A DNA stretch of 59,169 bases, filler included, from Jimgerdemannia flammicorona (GCA_003990765.1; 3 parts of 3 records of this genome joined end to end with filler, not necessarily neighbours in it), one strand, 5' to 3'; shown: positions 1-12,900, counted from the whole stretch's first letter. Notes: a model not told the origin generated them from the sequence alone. Translations and numbers: made by a program.

Positions 1-303
1 CAGCTCTCCAGTCCAGCTCCCTGCCGACCCCCCTTCACCTTCTCCACAAAGCTCACCCTGCCAGACCCTTGACCTCCAGCTCCACCCCCTCCTCCACCAT
101 GGCCCCCCGCCAGCAGGCCTCTCATACTTCCCCCCAAGCTGGGGCCTCTCCCCACTTGCTGCCAATCAAACGCTCCAGGGCCACCCTGCCCAGTATGTAC
201 CTCCAGATGCTTGTTGGTCGCCATGTTACTTGTAGCTTTTCTCCAGAAACTGTGTCAAAAGTGTTGCCAAAGTATTGTGTAACCTGAATATTACCGGAGA
301 AAG
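1..303 (-). mobile_element. Probable 5' end (UTR plus start of an ORF1-like frame) of an element inserted into the gypsy integrase
   Basis: Minus strand starts CTTTCTCC, then ATG at ~223 reading MATNKHLEVHTGQGGPGAFDWQQVGRG. The sequence replaces what the intact gypsy copy (35580 region) has at this position. Family not identified. Confidence 0.35.
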
Positions 304-1789
304 ATGACTATGACTCTTCTCTTGCCAGTCATCTGGGAATTGAGAAAACTGTCAAGAACATTCAATACTGCTACTATTAGCCAAATATGGTCAAGGAAAT
401 CAAGAACTATGTTACTAGCTGTAATCTATATCAGCACAACAAGTCTACCAACCAAGCACCTGCCGGTTTGCTATAACTACTGCCAATTCCTATTAAGAAG
501 TTTGAGCAAGTCACTATGGACTTTGTAACTCAACTACCCTGAACTCAATCTGGTGCTAATGCTATTATTGTATTCATTGACTACCTGACCAAGACTATGG
601 TTACTGAACTAACCACTACCAATGCTACTGCATCTGAGATTGTAAGAATCTTCTTCAAGTCTATCTTCCATCACTATGATCTACCATGAGTAATTGTTAG
701 TGATCATGACCCCAAGTTCACTAGTCACTTCTGGTAAACCCTCTTCAAGACTTTGAGAACCCAATTGGCTATGTTTACTGCCTTTCACCTACAAACTAAT
801 AGACAAACTAAGTGTATGAACAGAACTCTAGAACAAATACTTAGAAACTATGTTTCTTATAAGAAAGATAATTAAAACATCTACCTGACTTATACAGAGT
901 TTATATATAACAATACCATCTAATTATCTACTGATCTTTCCCCTTTCTGATTACTCTACAGTCAAGATCCTGAGACCCCTGCAAGTCTATTCTCTTTCAA
1001 GAAAACCAGTCAAATATAAGTTCCAACTGCCAAGAATCTTATAGACAAAATGGATGAACTACTCAAGATTACTACCATGAATCTTCAGAAGGCTCAACAG
1101 CATCAAGCTAAGTATGCTGATAAGAAATACTGAGATATCACTATTAGAGATCAAGTTCTACTGTCTACCAAGAATCTCAAGATACAATCTCAAGTCAACC
1201 ACTCTTCAAACAAGTTTCAACCCAAGTATATCAGACCTTTTGAGATCACTGAACAAGTCTCTGCATCCTCCTATCATCTCAAGCTACCTGAAATCATGAG
1301 AGTACACTCAGTCTTTTATATGTTATATGTATCTTAAGATCTGGAACCAGTCACCACCCTACTCTGGTCAAATTCCTAAGCCTTCTGCCTCTGTGATTAT
1401 TAAAGACCATATTGAGTATGAAGCTAAGAAAATCCTTGACAAATGAATCCACTACTGCTATTCTGAATACCTAGTCAAGTAGATGGGTTATCCTGAATAT
1501 GATGCTATCTGGAAACTACTGGTCAACCTCAAGAACTCTCATGATCTAGTTCAAAACTTCAAGGTAAAATACATTGCCCAATCTCTGTAGTAACTTCCTT
1601 GGATTGTCAATGACCTATGGCAATGACTAGTGCCTTATGCATTGGAAATTTACTTTGAGACCCCAGAACCAGTAGAACATTTAATGAACAAGAAGTCTAC
1701 CAAAATGAAGCTACTAGCTGAGTTTGAACCTCTCTTAGTTGGTTAGTCTAATAATAGACTCTCTGCACTATATGAGGATGATTAATCTC

Positions 1790-2963
1790 TTTTTTTTTTT
1801 TGTTTAATAGACTCTATGTCCCACGGATTTTTATTGGAAGGGAACCTAGACTATATAGGCCAAAACCCTCCCCTACCACCCATCAAGCACTGCCCCCTCA
1901 TTAACCTAGGCTAGCTATTGTCCAGCAGCTTGACCATGCCAGACGCAGCAGGGCAAAGTAGCCTGCACCTCATTCTGCACACCATGCTCTCCCTACCACC
2001 AGAGAAAACCCAGCCATATGCCAATGACTGAAAGCGCACGCTCAAGAACCCAACATATGTACAAGGCCATGCCCGAGCTGAATAGAATAGCCCCTACCAC
2101 TCCAAAGAGAATGATAGGCAAAGAAAAAAACCCTCATCAAAGCACAACACGGTGGGTAGGGCCTGGTTCTCCCAGTTGAGGTGAGTAGAGGACTTACACG
2201 TGAGGCGGGAGGAGACCCCCAATACCCCACTACTCAAGCCTGCAGGCCTCGATCACGTTGCTGTATCAGCTCCCGATTCCAGTTGAGTGCAGCCAAGATG
2301 CCTGAAATGGGTAGCCTCGGGCCCTCCGACCCCCCCAGACGACCAGGGCCCAACCCCACGAATTGCCCAAAGAAGCCGAGAGTGACACCTACCACCTAAC
2401 TGTGCCGCACCAATCAAAAGGCCCCACCAAAGCAGCACCCGCCCCAGCCCCGACGACCGCCCCCAGCCTGGCACCCTATTGGGTCACCGTTATCACCCTT
2501 TCTCCTATCTGTGATGGCCATCTCTTCTCCCATCCCAACAACACCCAAAAAGCAGTCACCTATGCCAGAACTGCGCTCGCCGGGAAGCTCGCCAAAGCCA
2601 GAGGGCCCCACCACAGGCACTGAGGACCTGCAGGTAACCTATACTGAGCACTTGACACCCAAGGTCGGCTGACTCCCTACGTAGCCTGAGACACACCGAG
2701 ACAACACCTTGTTGGCGATGGCAAAAGGAAGAAGGCACCACACCAAAATGGGTATACCCCAGATATAGCTGAAGGTACTGGAATCTGCGAAAAAGTAGAG
2801 GAAGCACTGATAAAGGGCAACTCATCACCATTGCCCTCCTCCCACCATGCCCATATAGGCACAGCAAACCAACCCGAGGTAGAGGGAGTAATAATAGGGG
2901 AAAGGAGACTCGGAAGGTTGCCTACCAAACCTTGTGACTGGTAAGGTAGTGGAGAAAGGAGCC
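1790..2963 (-). mobile_element. Non-autonomous poly(A) retroposon (family X), copy 1, full length
   Basis: Poly(T) at 1790, AATAAA near the 3' end on the minus strand, 15-bp TSD AGGATGAT(T/C)AATCTC at 1775-1789 and 2965-2979. The second gypsy copy (~34090-34105) shows the empty site with a single copy of this motif. Confidence 0.9.
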
Positions 2964-3080
2964 AAGGATGATCAATCTCCACCAATATACTGATTCAATT
3001 TTGAAAATTTTGGTTAAGTATATCTAGTCTTATGTTACCTAAGAACTCAATGAGGATATTGGTTCTTAAGAAGGGAGGGA

Positions 3081-3523
3081 TGTAACAATTTCACAGTCAT
3101 ATTTAGTTTTAGTATATTTTTGTATCTTTTAGTTAGTCTTTTCTTGTCATTTCTTGAACATTCTATTATATTCTGTCATCTTCTACTTACTTAGAAATCT
3201 TCTCTTAGTGCCTAGATATCACTAGAATATTCTTGTCTTTCCTTAGTGCCAAGTATCTTATCTTAGCTAGTCATGGAACCTTTCAGAACATTGTAGAATA
3301 GTATTAGTCAGCTTTGCTGAGAACTTATTTCTTGGTATTTCTCTTTCTTTCTGGATTTTTCTTTCAGATCATGTATAAATATCCTTATTCTTTATCTGAA
3401 TAAAGCTTAGAATATTTTCTTCCAGAATTCCTTTGAACCTTTAAGTATCTCTTCAAGCTACTTTAGACTAACTAGAACTTCCAGATTTAGCTGCTTTCTC
3501 TTAAAGAAACTAGAACTATTACA
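3081..3523 (+). repeat. 3' LTR of the gypsy element (443 bp, TG...CA)
   Basis: Starts TGTAAC directly after the PPT and ends TTACA. Homologous to the reverse complement of 33524-33987. Confidence 0.9.
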
Positions 3524-3699
3524 ACTACTATTACTACTACTACTATTATTACTCCTACTACTACCCTACTATTAAATAAAAACCCAAAGACTTTAACTCA
3601 ACATTTATTTTATCTATCTCTATATAGTAATATAATAATTCACCATTATTAACTATCAGTATTTCAATGATTATACGAAGAATATTATCAGATATCAAA

Positions 3700-4240
3700 C
3701 AAGCCTAGAAGAAAGCTAAAGATACTAATAAAATATAACAAATTAGTACTACTCTATAAAAAGCTCAAGTAATTCTAGTATAATCTTCACAATCTATTAA
3801 AATATATAAAAATTTATACCTTTATATCACTAATATCACTCTTGAAGATATTCTCAAGAACTACTATATTTTTGAAAAAGTTTTATATCAATAAATATAA
3901 ATAAAAATAAGAAGAAATTGATTTAGGATAAGAACAAACTATTACAAAACTAGTCAAATTAGTACTATACTATTTTGATAAGTCAAAAAAGATAAATAAG
4001 TATATTTAGAAGATATGTAAAATATATAATATTATTACTTAACTAATCCTAAACTAGATATAAAATATATAGAGAATAACTAAATCTAACTTAATTAATA
4101 TTATAAAAAATTATATTCTAATATGCTATATTTATAAATAATAGTAGTCTCACTATATCTATTATATATACTATAAATATTATAAACAATATATAATTAT
4201 AATAAATAAATTATATAGATACTTATAATGATCAGTTTTA
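3700..4240 (+). mobile_element. Heavily eroded AT-rich transposon remnant, possibly hAT transposase
   Basis: Residual motifs such as YYFDKS and NPKLDIKYI resemble hAT C-terminal segments, but the sequence is very degraded. Confidence 0.25.
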
Positions 4241-5141
4241 ACTTCTAGAGCTCAGAGAATATGAATCAGAACATCATAGTGAAAGAGATCAGTTTTGGAA
4301 GAGAGATGAATAATTATAAAAGCCATAAAGAGTAGATGGTCACAAAGATCATAAAGGGTGGATCTCTGTCTCTCAGATGAAAGATAGTTGAAAAAAAAAG
4401 TACTATTGAAAAAAAAAATATATATATAAAGTGGCCACAAAGAGAGTGGATGACTATAAAGAAAGTGAGTAACTATAAAGAGAATGAGTGACTACAAAGT
4501 AGATAGCTACAAAGAGACCATAAGTAAAGAGTGAGTGATATTCCTTAAGTTATTAGTATCTATAGGTAAATTTGCCTGCAAATTTCACTATATAATTTAT
4601 ATGATAGAATCTATCTTCATTGATCAGAATTTAGTAACATCATCTTATAATACTAAGTTATATGTAATACTACCCCAGTAGGTATTATTATTCCTCATAA
4701 ATATATGTAAAATCAATATCAAATATATAAATAAGTGGTAAAAAGAGTGAGTAGTCATGAAGATCATAAAAACTACTCTAGTAGTTAAAAAAAAAAACAT
4801 AGAGTGGCTGCAAAGAGAGTGAGTAGCTACAAAGAGAGTAGGTAGCTATAAAGAGAAGTAACTATAAAGAGGGTGGGTGGTAGGAAAAAAGCATAATGAG
4901 TGAAGAGTAGATAGATGAGTGAATAGTAGTATAATGAATAAAAGATAGGTAGATAAAAACTGTAGATAGATAACTACAAAAATATATATATATATATAAT
5001 AAGTAAATAAGTAAAAAAAAAAAAAACATAATAATAAAAAAAGAATAATACATAAGTAAAAAAAGTATATATAATAAAAAAAATATAATAAGTAAAAAAA
5101 ACTTATTAAAAAGTATATATACTATATATAATCTGAAAATT

Positions 5142-6295
5142 ACTCCTTTCTCTACTATCTTACTAGTTATGAGATTTGATAGATAACTTTTCAAGTCTAC
5201 TTTTCACAACTAATACTCTCTCTACCTTGGGTTAGTTTGCTATATCTATTGTAGAATAGTGGAAGAGAGATAATGGTGATGAGTTGTCCCTTTATTAGTA
5301 TTAAATCAGTATCTTCTTTACTTTTGTATAGTTTTTGATACCTTCAGCTCATCTGAGATATACTCATTTTAGTATAGTGCTTTCCTCCTTTTGCTATCAT
5401 CAATAAGATATCATCTTGGTATATCACAAGTTATATAGAAAGTTAGCTAATCTTGGGCATCAAGTGCTCAGTATAGGTTATCTACAGGTTCTTAGTATCT
5501 GTAGTAGGGCTCTCTGGCTTTAGTAAGCTTCCTGATAAGTATGGTTCTAGCATAGATAATTGTTTTTTAGATATTATTGGGATAAGAGAGGAGATGGTTA
5601 TCACAAATAGACAGAAGGGCAATAATGGTAGACCAGTAGAGTACTAGACTGGGGGTAGTCATTAGGGCTGAGGTAGATATTATCAGTGAGATCTTCTGAT
5701 TAGTATATAGTAGGTATTACTCTTGACTACTCTCAGTATACTATAGTATTGTTTGGGGTTATAGAGAGACCCAAAGCTACCTAGATCAGACATTTTGACT
5801 ATACTTAACTAGAGCTGAGAGTTGATATGACAATATGATTGAGATCTATAGACTTGAGTAGTGGGATATTAGAGATCTCCTCTCATCTCATATATAAGTT
5901 CTCTACTCATCTTATCAGAGAGAACTAGGTTCTATCCACTGTTCTGTACTTTGAGGAAGAGTTTTTCTTTATCTGTCACTTTTCTTAGAGTAGTAGAGGC
6001 TATTCTATTTTAGCTCAAGCATGGTCTTATATGTTAGGTTTTTGAGTATATACTTTTGGTCATTGGTATATAATTGATTTCTCCTGATAGTAGAGAGAGT
6101 ATGGTGTACAGAATGAGATATAAGCAATAATGCCCTACTGTGCCTAGTATGGTTGAGCTGCTGAACAATAGCTAGTCTAAGTTTAATGGAGGTATAGTAC
6201 TTAGGAGGGGATGGGAGAGAGTTTTGGCCTATATAGTCTAGGTTTTCTTTTAATAAAAATCTATAGAATATTGAGTCTATTAAAATATATATATA
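5142..6295 (+). mobile_element. Retroposon family X, copy 2, full length, more eroded
   Basis: Homologous to copies 1 and 5 from CTCCTTTCTC to AATAAA...GAGTCTATTAAAA. Flanked by a ~19-bp duplication TATATATAATCTGAAAATT (5123-5141 and ~6296-6314). Confidence 0.88.
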
Positions 6296-6479
6296 TATAT
6301 ATAATCTGAAAATTAAGTCCAGTTACCTAGCCAGTCAGTGGCTAGCTATAGTCAACTATAGCTCTAGCTAATCATGATTGATCAGAGTAGCTTAGTTATA
6401 GCTGAGATCTCTAATCACATTACTATATTAGCTCTCAGTTCTAGTTAAGTATTGTTAATAGTGCTCTAAATGAATGGAG

Positions 6480-6570
6480 TTGATCTGGATTGATCCAGAT
6501 TGATCCATCTGGATTGGTTCATCTGGATGATCTATCTGGATTGATCTATCCAGATTAATCTATCCAGATT
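6480..6570. repeat. hAT left subterminal short tandem repeats (~14 bp, GATCYATCYRGATT)
   Basis: Directly inside the left TIR. Confidence 0.7.
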
Positions 6571-6959
6571 GAAATCTTTGGTAACATCACTCTTTCTTTT
6601 GTTCATTTCACTCTTGTTTTTTTTTTTCTGCCACACTTTAGTAACATCACCCTTTTCTTTGTTCCCTCTCTTTTCTTTATTCTTTTTCTTTATTCTTTCC
6701 TGCCACATCATGAGCAAACAAAACAGCAGTTCTTAATTTGTACATTGATCCAGTCTACTCATTTTTCACCCTGCAATGATCATCAAAAGAGGGAGTATTT
6801 GAGGTGGAAATACACTCTCTGCTGATAATATTAGATTCTTTCTCATATGGGCAGCATACAAGCTGCTCATTGAGAGCCAAAGGGGTGATGGCAGTGGCAA
6901 TAGCAATGATGATGGTGATGACAATAATGATAGTGGGAATGAGAGTGAATTCTGGTAAC

Positions 6960-7293
6960 AACTTATAGCAGCTCTTCAGACCTTAGAATTCACAGACCTC
7001 ACAGCTATGTACACAGTAGCCTTTTTGAAGCAACCAGTAGTAGATGTAGGTTGCTCTTTTCTGCTGCTACTTTTTACTTGTTTAAATTCCCCCAGTATGA
7101 CTCGATTCACCTTATGTTCTTCTTAGGGTCCACAGCTCTATGGCGAGATCTGCTGACTTTATTCGCAATATCTAGTCAAGATAAAGAAAGGTTGGAGGAT
7201 ATTGCGAAGCATGCCTTTGGTGACTGAGCTGTTGAGTCAATGTATTGCATGGCAGAGGTCTCAAAAGAAACAAAAGCAAGCCTTCATAAGTAA
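6960..7293 (+). pseudogene. Spliced cargo gene fragment inside the hAT element, unknown product
   Basis: AALQTLEFTDLTAMYTVAFLKQPVVD|GT..AG|GPQLYGEIC*LLFAISSQDKERLEDIAKHAFGD*AVESMYCMAEVSKETKASLHK*. The internal stops are TGA, compatible with CGA decay. Confidence 0.4.
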
Positions 7294-7559
7294 TCTTATA
7301 CAACTCATGTAACTCATTGGTATATAACTCGTCGGCATGCAGCTCACTCACTCACTCACTCATGCTCTTTTTCTGAAATACCCATCTCTGTGTTTTATTT
7401 AATTTCATTTTTTATGTGATCTCTCTCTAAAAAACACCCATACCCGCATACAACCCACCCACATATAACTTACCCACATGCAACCCATTCATATGCAACC
7501 TGTCTACACACAACCCATCCATATACTTATCTCAGTCCCTCAGATCAGGGCTCAGTTCC

Positions 7560-8790
7560 ATTGAAAAGGAGAGTTCAAAGTTACTTGAGTTCAACTATGT
7601 TTAGCATCTGATCAAATAGAGAAATTTGAGAGCAAGATGTTCAGCATGAGCAGTATCAGCATTGTCATCAAGGCTTGGGGGTCTACATTCAAATCAGAGC
7701 CAATCATTCTCGACTAAGGAGTCCATTGGTCAGCAGGAGTAACCAACAATAAAGAGAACCATATCTTTATTAATAAACACAGAGAGGTGGTTGTGATGGT
7801 GGTAAGGAACCTCTATGGTGATAAGCTTCACTGTCACATTAACGAGATTTGTGAGGATTACATCAAATACTGGGTAGTAGGAAAGAGGGGGCGAAAAAAG
7901 CAAGGAGGGGGGGTTTGGATGGGAATTAGATATACTGCAACACTGGTGAAGGGTGGGTTCTGAAGTTCCGAAATCCCCTACACTCATCTCCCTTTTTTTT
8001 TACTCCTCTCCAGATAAATCACACTCTTCGCCAACATACTCTTTTTGATACAAACCCAGGGATACACAAGATTCTGTACCCCTACTGGAACTTTAGAAGT
8101 GCCATCAAAGAGCAAACTGTACACAAGTATGATACAGCCTATATGGTGATGGTGGCTATGATCTAAGGTTCTTTGAGCAGATTGGTAGAGCATATGGCAG
8201 GCCAGCTTAGTGGTGATCTCAGCATGGCTGTACATATATTCTTGGTGCAATTTAGCATACCATATGAGGTGAGGAGCTCTACTTTTTTGGGGTGCTACAG
8301 CCTAGGGGGTTTCTGCAGCCTAGGGGGTTTCGGCAGCCTAGGGGGTTTCTATCCTCCTGCATGCAAAAAGGACTGATCAGTTACCATCTGTTTTGGCAGG
8401 TTTCTAAGCTGGGGCTCCTGGGGCTGGACCAAGGGTAGGCATCCACCAGCATAGTCTGGCAGTATGAGGTCCTGGGCCAAGGATTCACCCAACCATATAC
8501 TTGTATCACATCAGGATATGTCAGGTGCAACCTTTCTCTGCCCACACACACAGACAACAATGTCACCTCAGTAATGTTTTACATCCTGGAAAGAAAGAGC
8601 CCAACCTGGGAAGAGTCTGGTATGACCTCACCTATGGTTTTGGGGTCCTGTTTGCAGCCAACATGGCCATTCTCTTCCAACCACATAACCACCATAACAC
8701 CATCACCTTCAAGGAGAGCTCAGATACAACAGTCATTGCACTCACAACAGATAATAGGCTCATCAAGGCCTGGGACCAGTGAGTGGAGTA
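7560..8790 (-). pseudogene. Second cargo ORF remnant inside the hAT element, unknown product
   Basis: Protein-like frames (PLVPGLDEPIICCECND..., VPVGVQNLVYPWV..., VFDVILTNLVNVTVKLITIEVP) broken by transitions and frameshifts. Contains a 3x 18-bp repeat at ~8297-8350. Confidence 0.35.
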
Positions 8791-9149
8791 GTTTTTATGA
8801 GGGTTAGATAATCTTTCACAAGAGATAGGCAGTCTTTTATGAGGGTTGGCAGTCATTTTGTACAGGTTGGGTAGTCTTATATAGGGGGTTGGGCTGGGTG
8901 CCTCTTCTGTAGCACTAGCTTAGCCATTATGTAGAGCCCTATCAGCTCCTTGGCCCTGCTCTACAGTGCCACCAGTATGGCACTATGGTGTAGGGCCAGA
9001 GTGCTCATGGGACCCAAACCGGTGATAGGGCCCAAATCTGTGGTGGACTTCAATCACCAGAAATGCCCTCCAATCACCAAAAGCACCCTCTGACTACTAG
9101 AAGCACCCTCTGACCACTAAAAGCACCCTCTGCCCTAGACTCCTTGGTG

Positions 9150-9764
9150 GCTTGGGGCTGTCTCTATACTGTTAGCAGAGGGCCACAAATTTTGTATGCT
9201 CTCTCTGTCTGCTCTGCCTGTCCTGGACACTTATAGCTTAGGGCTGCCCCTTGCTGCTGGCAGAGGACTGCAAATTTTGTGTGCTCTCTCGCCAACTCTG
9301 TGCCTACTAACCCTGCCGACTGACCCTGCCTACTGACCTGGGCACTGACAGCTTGGAGCTGCTCCTCACTACTGGTAGAGGGCCACAAATTTTGCATGCT
9401 CCCTCCACCTGCCTTGCCCATCCTGGACACTTGTGGCTTGGGACTGCTCCTTGCTACCAGCAAAGGGCTGCAAATTTTATGCACTCCCTCTGCCAACCTC
9501 ATGCCCACCAACCCCACCCACTGACCTGGGCGCTGACAGCTTAGGGCTGTCCTTTACTGCTAGTAGAGGGCCATAAGTTTTGTGCACTCTCTCCATCAAC
9601 CCCCCCAACCAGAATACTTGCGGCTTAGGGCTGCCCCTTGCTACTGGTAGAGGGCCACAAATTTTGCATGCTTTCTCTGCCAACCTGCCTACCGACCCAA
9701 GTACTGATAGCTTGGGGCTACCCCTTACTACTAGTAGAGGACCACAAACATTGTGCACTCCCTC
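9150..9764. repeat. Array of seven ~55-bp palindromic repeats with 28-60-bp spacers, inside the hAT element
   Basis: Units GCTTRGGGCTGCCCCTYRCTRCTGGYAGAGGGCCACAAATTTTGYRYRCTCYCTC start at 9150, 9236, 9351, 9436, 9539, 9623 and 9710. Confidence 0.9.
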
Positions 9765-9899
9765 CACCACCACTGCCAACCCTGCTGACTGCTGTCTACT
9801 TGGGCCGCAAACTCCAGGCCAAGTCCTCAGGGTTTTTTATAAAAGGTATTAAATATTCCACAAGATCAACCAACTTATCTATGAATTCCCAGGACCTAC

Positions 9900-12500
9900 C
9901 AAATTTTAGCAACCCAAGCCTCACCAAGACTTCAGACATATACATGCCTAGATTGTCTCAGTGTTCAGCACACACCTCTTTGGAGCAATGAGGTCCACCC
10001 TACCTGAGAATACCCACTTGACAGAAGCACTGGAGGCAGAAATTGCCAAGTAGTCTCGAGTCATACTATACAGACTGGGGAAGTCTATTTGATGTAGCTG
10101 CATGCCCCAGTGGGTAGAGTGGTGGATAGAGTGGTAGTTAGATTAGTGGGTTAAATTAGCCCAATGTCTATCTGACAACTCACCTTCTACCAGTTGAGCA
10201 CCTCCATACCCTCTAGCAGAATCACACAGTCACTGGCGAGATAAATGGTAAGTTTATCTATTGATGGCAGCTCTTCCACTGATGGCTCCCTCTTCCTCTT
10301 TCTGCTGAAGTAAATGTAGGACAGGAGGGATCCCTTGGTATATTCGTCCAGACTTTGGCTAGAACCTTACAGTGGCACATAGTTTTTCCAGTATACTTCG
10401 ATTATAGCCTGCTTGGTTCTCTCAATGAAGTGCTGCTCCCTGCTCTGATCTTTATGGTATTGTAGCTTTAAGCATGGGTTCAGTACTGTTCGAAGGAGAG
10501 GAGAGAGTGAGTTTTTATAGGGATTTCTCTATTTTGGAAGGGGCAATGGCTACATGCCAACATTGACATACCTATACTGATTGAGTATACAGCAGTATCT
10601 GTTTGGGAGTAGTACTTTCTGAGCTTGCTAAGAGCAACCTCCATGACATCTCTCTGATTCGGGCTCAACTGTAAATTACTGCAACCCTCCAGCCTATTCT
10701 TGAGCTTGTCCTCTAGCCAGTCAATTAGAAGGTTGTATACTGATATTGCCGAGCTTATTATTGGGGTCATTTGTTTGACTATATCCTTCATATAATCGTC
10801 GAAACACTGGCAGTTATATGTAGTGAGGTATTGCATTGTGTAGAGGTAGACAAAACAAGTGTAGAGCCAGAGTAATTACCACTTACTTCCAAAACTCTGA
10901 TAACATTCCTAAGTATGTCTCACTTGCTTTCACCTAGAGCCTCGGCCCATATTTCCTTATCGGTAGCCACTGTTGAATCTATTGGCTTTTTTTGTTTTTT
11001 GTTTTTTTTTTTAAAATAAATCTTCAATTATCTGAAACAAGTTGCTTCAGCTGACCAAAGAAAAAAAGAATGCATACTACAGCAAACTCCAGCACATGCT
11101 GGATCATTGCAAATGTTGAGTTCCAATATATACAGACATCTAATATAAGCTCTTTTAGAGCTAAACTGATTACCCTATACTGTACAGCAAATTTATCTCA
11201 TCATTGTGGAGACAATCAGACCAATACAACCAGGTTGTACAGCTTGAAAATTATACTCAGGGCCCCTCCTCTCTTGGATATTTTGTCTATGTGCATAAGA
11301 TAGTCCTGAACAGTGAGGTTCAGTATATAGACCTGGCATCACACATGGTAGCTTTTTATACTGAAGGCCACATTTTCCTGTTTGAGGCTAGCTATTAAAA
11401 CTTTGAAAAATATTGAGTTGTTTGTGATATCGTCTGTTGTAATGGCCAAAATCTATACTTGAAATATTCAGTCAGCAAATTTATGCAAAAATAAATAACC
11501 AATAAAATCTGGTTTGGTTTAGGATCTCTCTCAAAATGCCGACCTGATGGCAAGCTCCCCTTTTTTACCTTGGTGGTAATCTCAAGCTCCCAGATACAAC
11601 TAATAAAAGCATCTGTGATGTTGTCTTCAGAATGAGGGCCAGCAAGTTTGATGAAGTCAAGGGTGAGAGATTTAAGCTATTAATTGAGGTCAATCCAATA
11701 ACCAGTAATACCCAGAAACAAAATTGCATTGGGAGATATCCATGTATTGATCATAAATGAAATTTTGCCTGCTGAATTCTGCTTATTAAATGTGAGGTTA
11801 AATTGGTGAGATCTTTTATATAATTTAGCTTACAAAGGTTACAGTGCTGCCTTTATTTTACCTGAAGTGTCTGGCGAAGATTATCATGTTCCTTCCTATA
11901 GACCTCCAGGATATCTTTGTGAATAGTATTAGCACTTGACAAATATAAATCATGCTTGAGGAGGCCAAAGATGCTATGTAATTGATCACTCTCAATGGTT
12001 GTAAATGGCTGGTCTGTATATACAATCCAGTGAATGAGCCGATTTTGAAATTCTGTTGAAGAGTATAGCTAAATATTTTTGATTAAATGGCATTGTTGGT
12101 ACAGAAATGGTCAGACAATCAGATAAATGTACCCACCATAGCTTGGATGTTAATTTTATTTGTCTCTGTATTTTTTTTTTGATTTTGTCAGAGTACTTAT
12201 CTTTTATATATTGATTTATGTTCAAAGTCATACCCCTAAGCATTTTGAACTTCTGGCTGGTGCAGTTCATGAGAGTGGATGAAACAATATTATATGTGTG
12301 TCAAAACAAATAAAAAGTGTCAATAGGTGCATCTTAATTTTTTACCTGCAATAATTACAAACAATATCATCTCCTATCTTAGCACAATGTTGCCAGATTT
12401 CGGAGCGAGGATTGCATAGAAGGTGTGGAACTATCAGGGATGTTTGACTTGAAGCATTATCAGTACTGTGAACTGTTAAAGACTGATCTGTCAATATGTG
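9900..12500 (-). pseudogene. hAT transposase pseudogene (BED zinc finger, DDE/RNase H-like core, hATC dimerisation domain), intron-containing
   Basis: SEIWQHCAKIGDDIVCNYC (BED); INTWISPNAILFLGITGYWID; LDFIKLAGPHSEDNI; AITTDD; DVCIYWNSTFAMI; ALSKLRKYY; FPSLYSMTRDYLAISASSASVKWVFS (hATC). Multiple stops. Confidence 0.9.
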
Positions 12501-12599
12501 TGTTTGTATGTTTGCATGTGTATGTATATATATGTATGTGTATTGTATATATGTATGTATATTGTATTGTAGACACATCCAGTATATGAGTCATGTAGA

Positions 12600-12830
12600 G
12601 GATTTGGATTGAAGGATTTGGTTGAAGAATTTGGATGAGGATTCAGATTGAAGAATTCAAATTGGAGGATTCAAATTAGAAGATTCGAATTGGAGGATTC
12701 GGATTGAGTGATTCAGATTGAGTAATTTGGATTGGGGTGGTTCAGATGGGTGATTCAGATGGAGTAATTTGGATGGAGTGATTCAGATTAATCTGAGTTG
12801 ATTCAGATGGCTTTGGATTTGAGATTTGGA
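12600..12830. repeat. hAT right subterminal ~15-bp tandem repeats (TTCAGATTGAGTGA)
   Basis: Directly inside the right TIR. The same array occurs at ~20150-20480. Confidence 0.8.
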
Positions 12831-12900
12831 TCAAACTGTCATGTGATGAATTGAATTCAGATTTAATTCGAATTGACTCATTTGGAGCACTAATTATTAA

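Larger units (their letters stand above)
304..3523 (+). mobile_element. Degenerate Ty3/gypsy chromovirus, 3' part (integrase, chromodomain, PPT, 3' LTR), interrupted by a retroposon at 1790-2963
   Basis: Integrase Zn-finger remnant (LASHLGIEKTVKNIQ..YY*P), core motifs (MDFV, IVSDHDPKFTSHFW, TAFHLQTNRQT), chromodomain-like EYLVK*MGYPEYDAIW ending ~1592. Polypurine tract AAGAAGGGAGGGA precedes TGTAAC at 3081. Colinear with the minus-strand copy at 33524-35580. Confidence 0.93.
6459..12892 (-). mobile_element. Complete hAT DNA transposon (6.4 kb) with cargo
   Basis: TIRs TAGTGCTCTAAATGA (6459) and TCATTTGGAGCACTA (ending 12892). 8-bp TSD ATTGTTAA/ATTATTAA with one G>A mismatch. Short subterminal repeats at both ends and an internal transposase. 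Confidence 0.9.

Noticed and set aside
4250..5120. ORFs 4252-4440 and 4862-5194 and ~20-bp purine-rich repeats
   Set aside because: Low-complexity eroded repeat DNA. The F/I/L/Y-rich translations are compositional artefacts.
9150..9764. CRISPR array
   Set aside because: Repeats are ~55 bp and degenerate, spacers are related to each other in alternation, there are no cas genes, and the context is a eukaryotic transposon.
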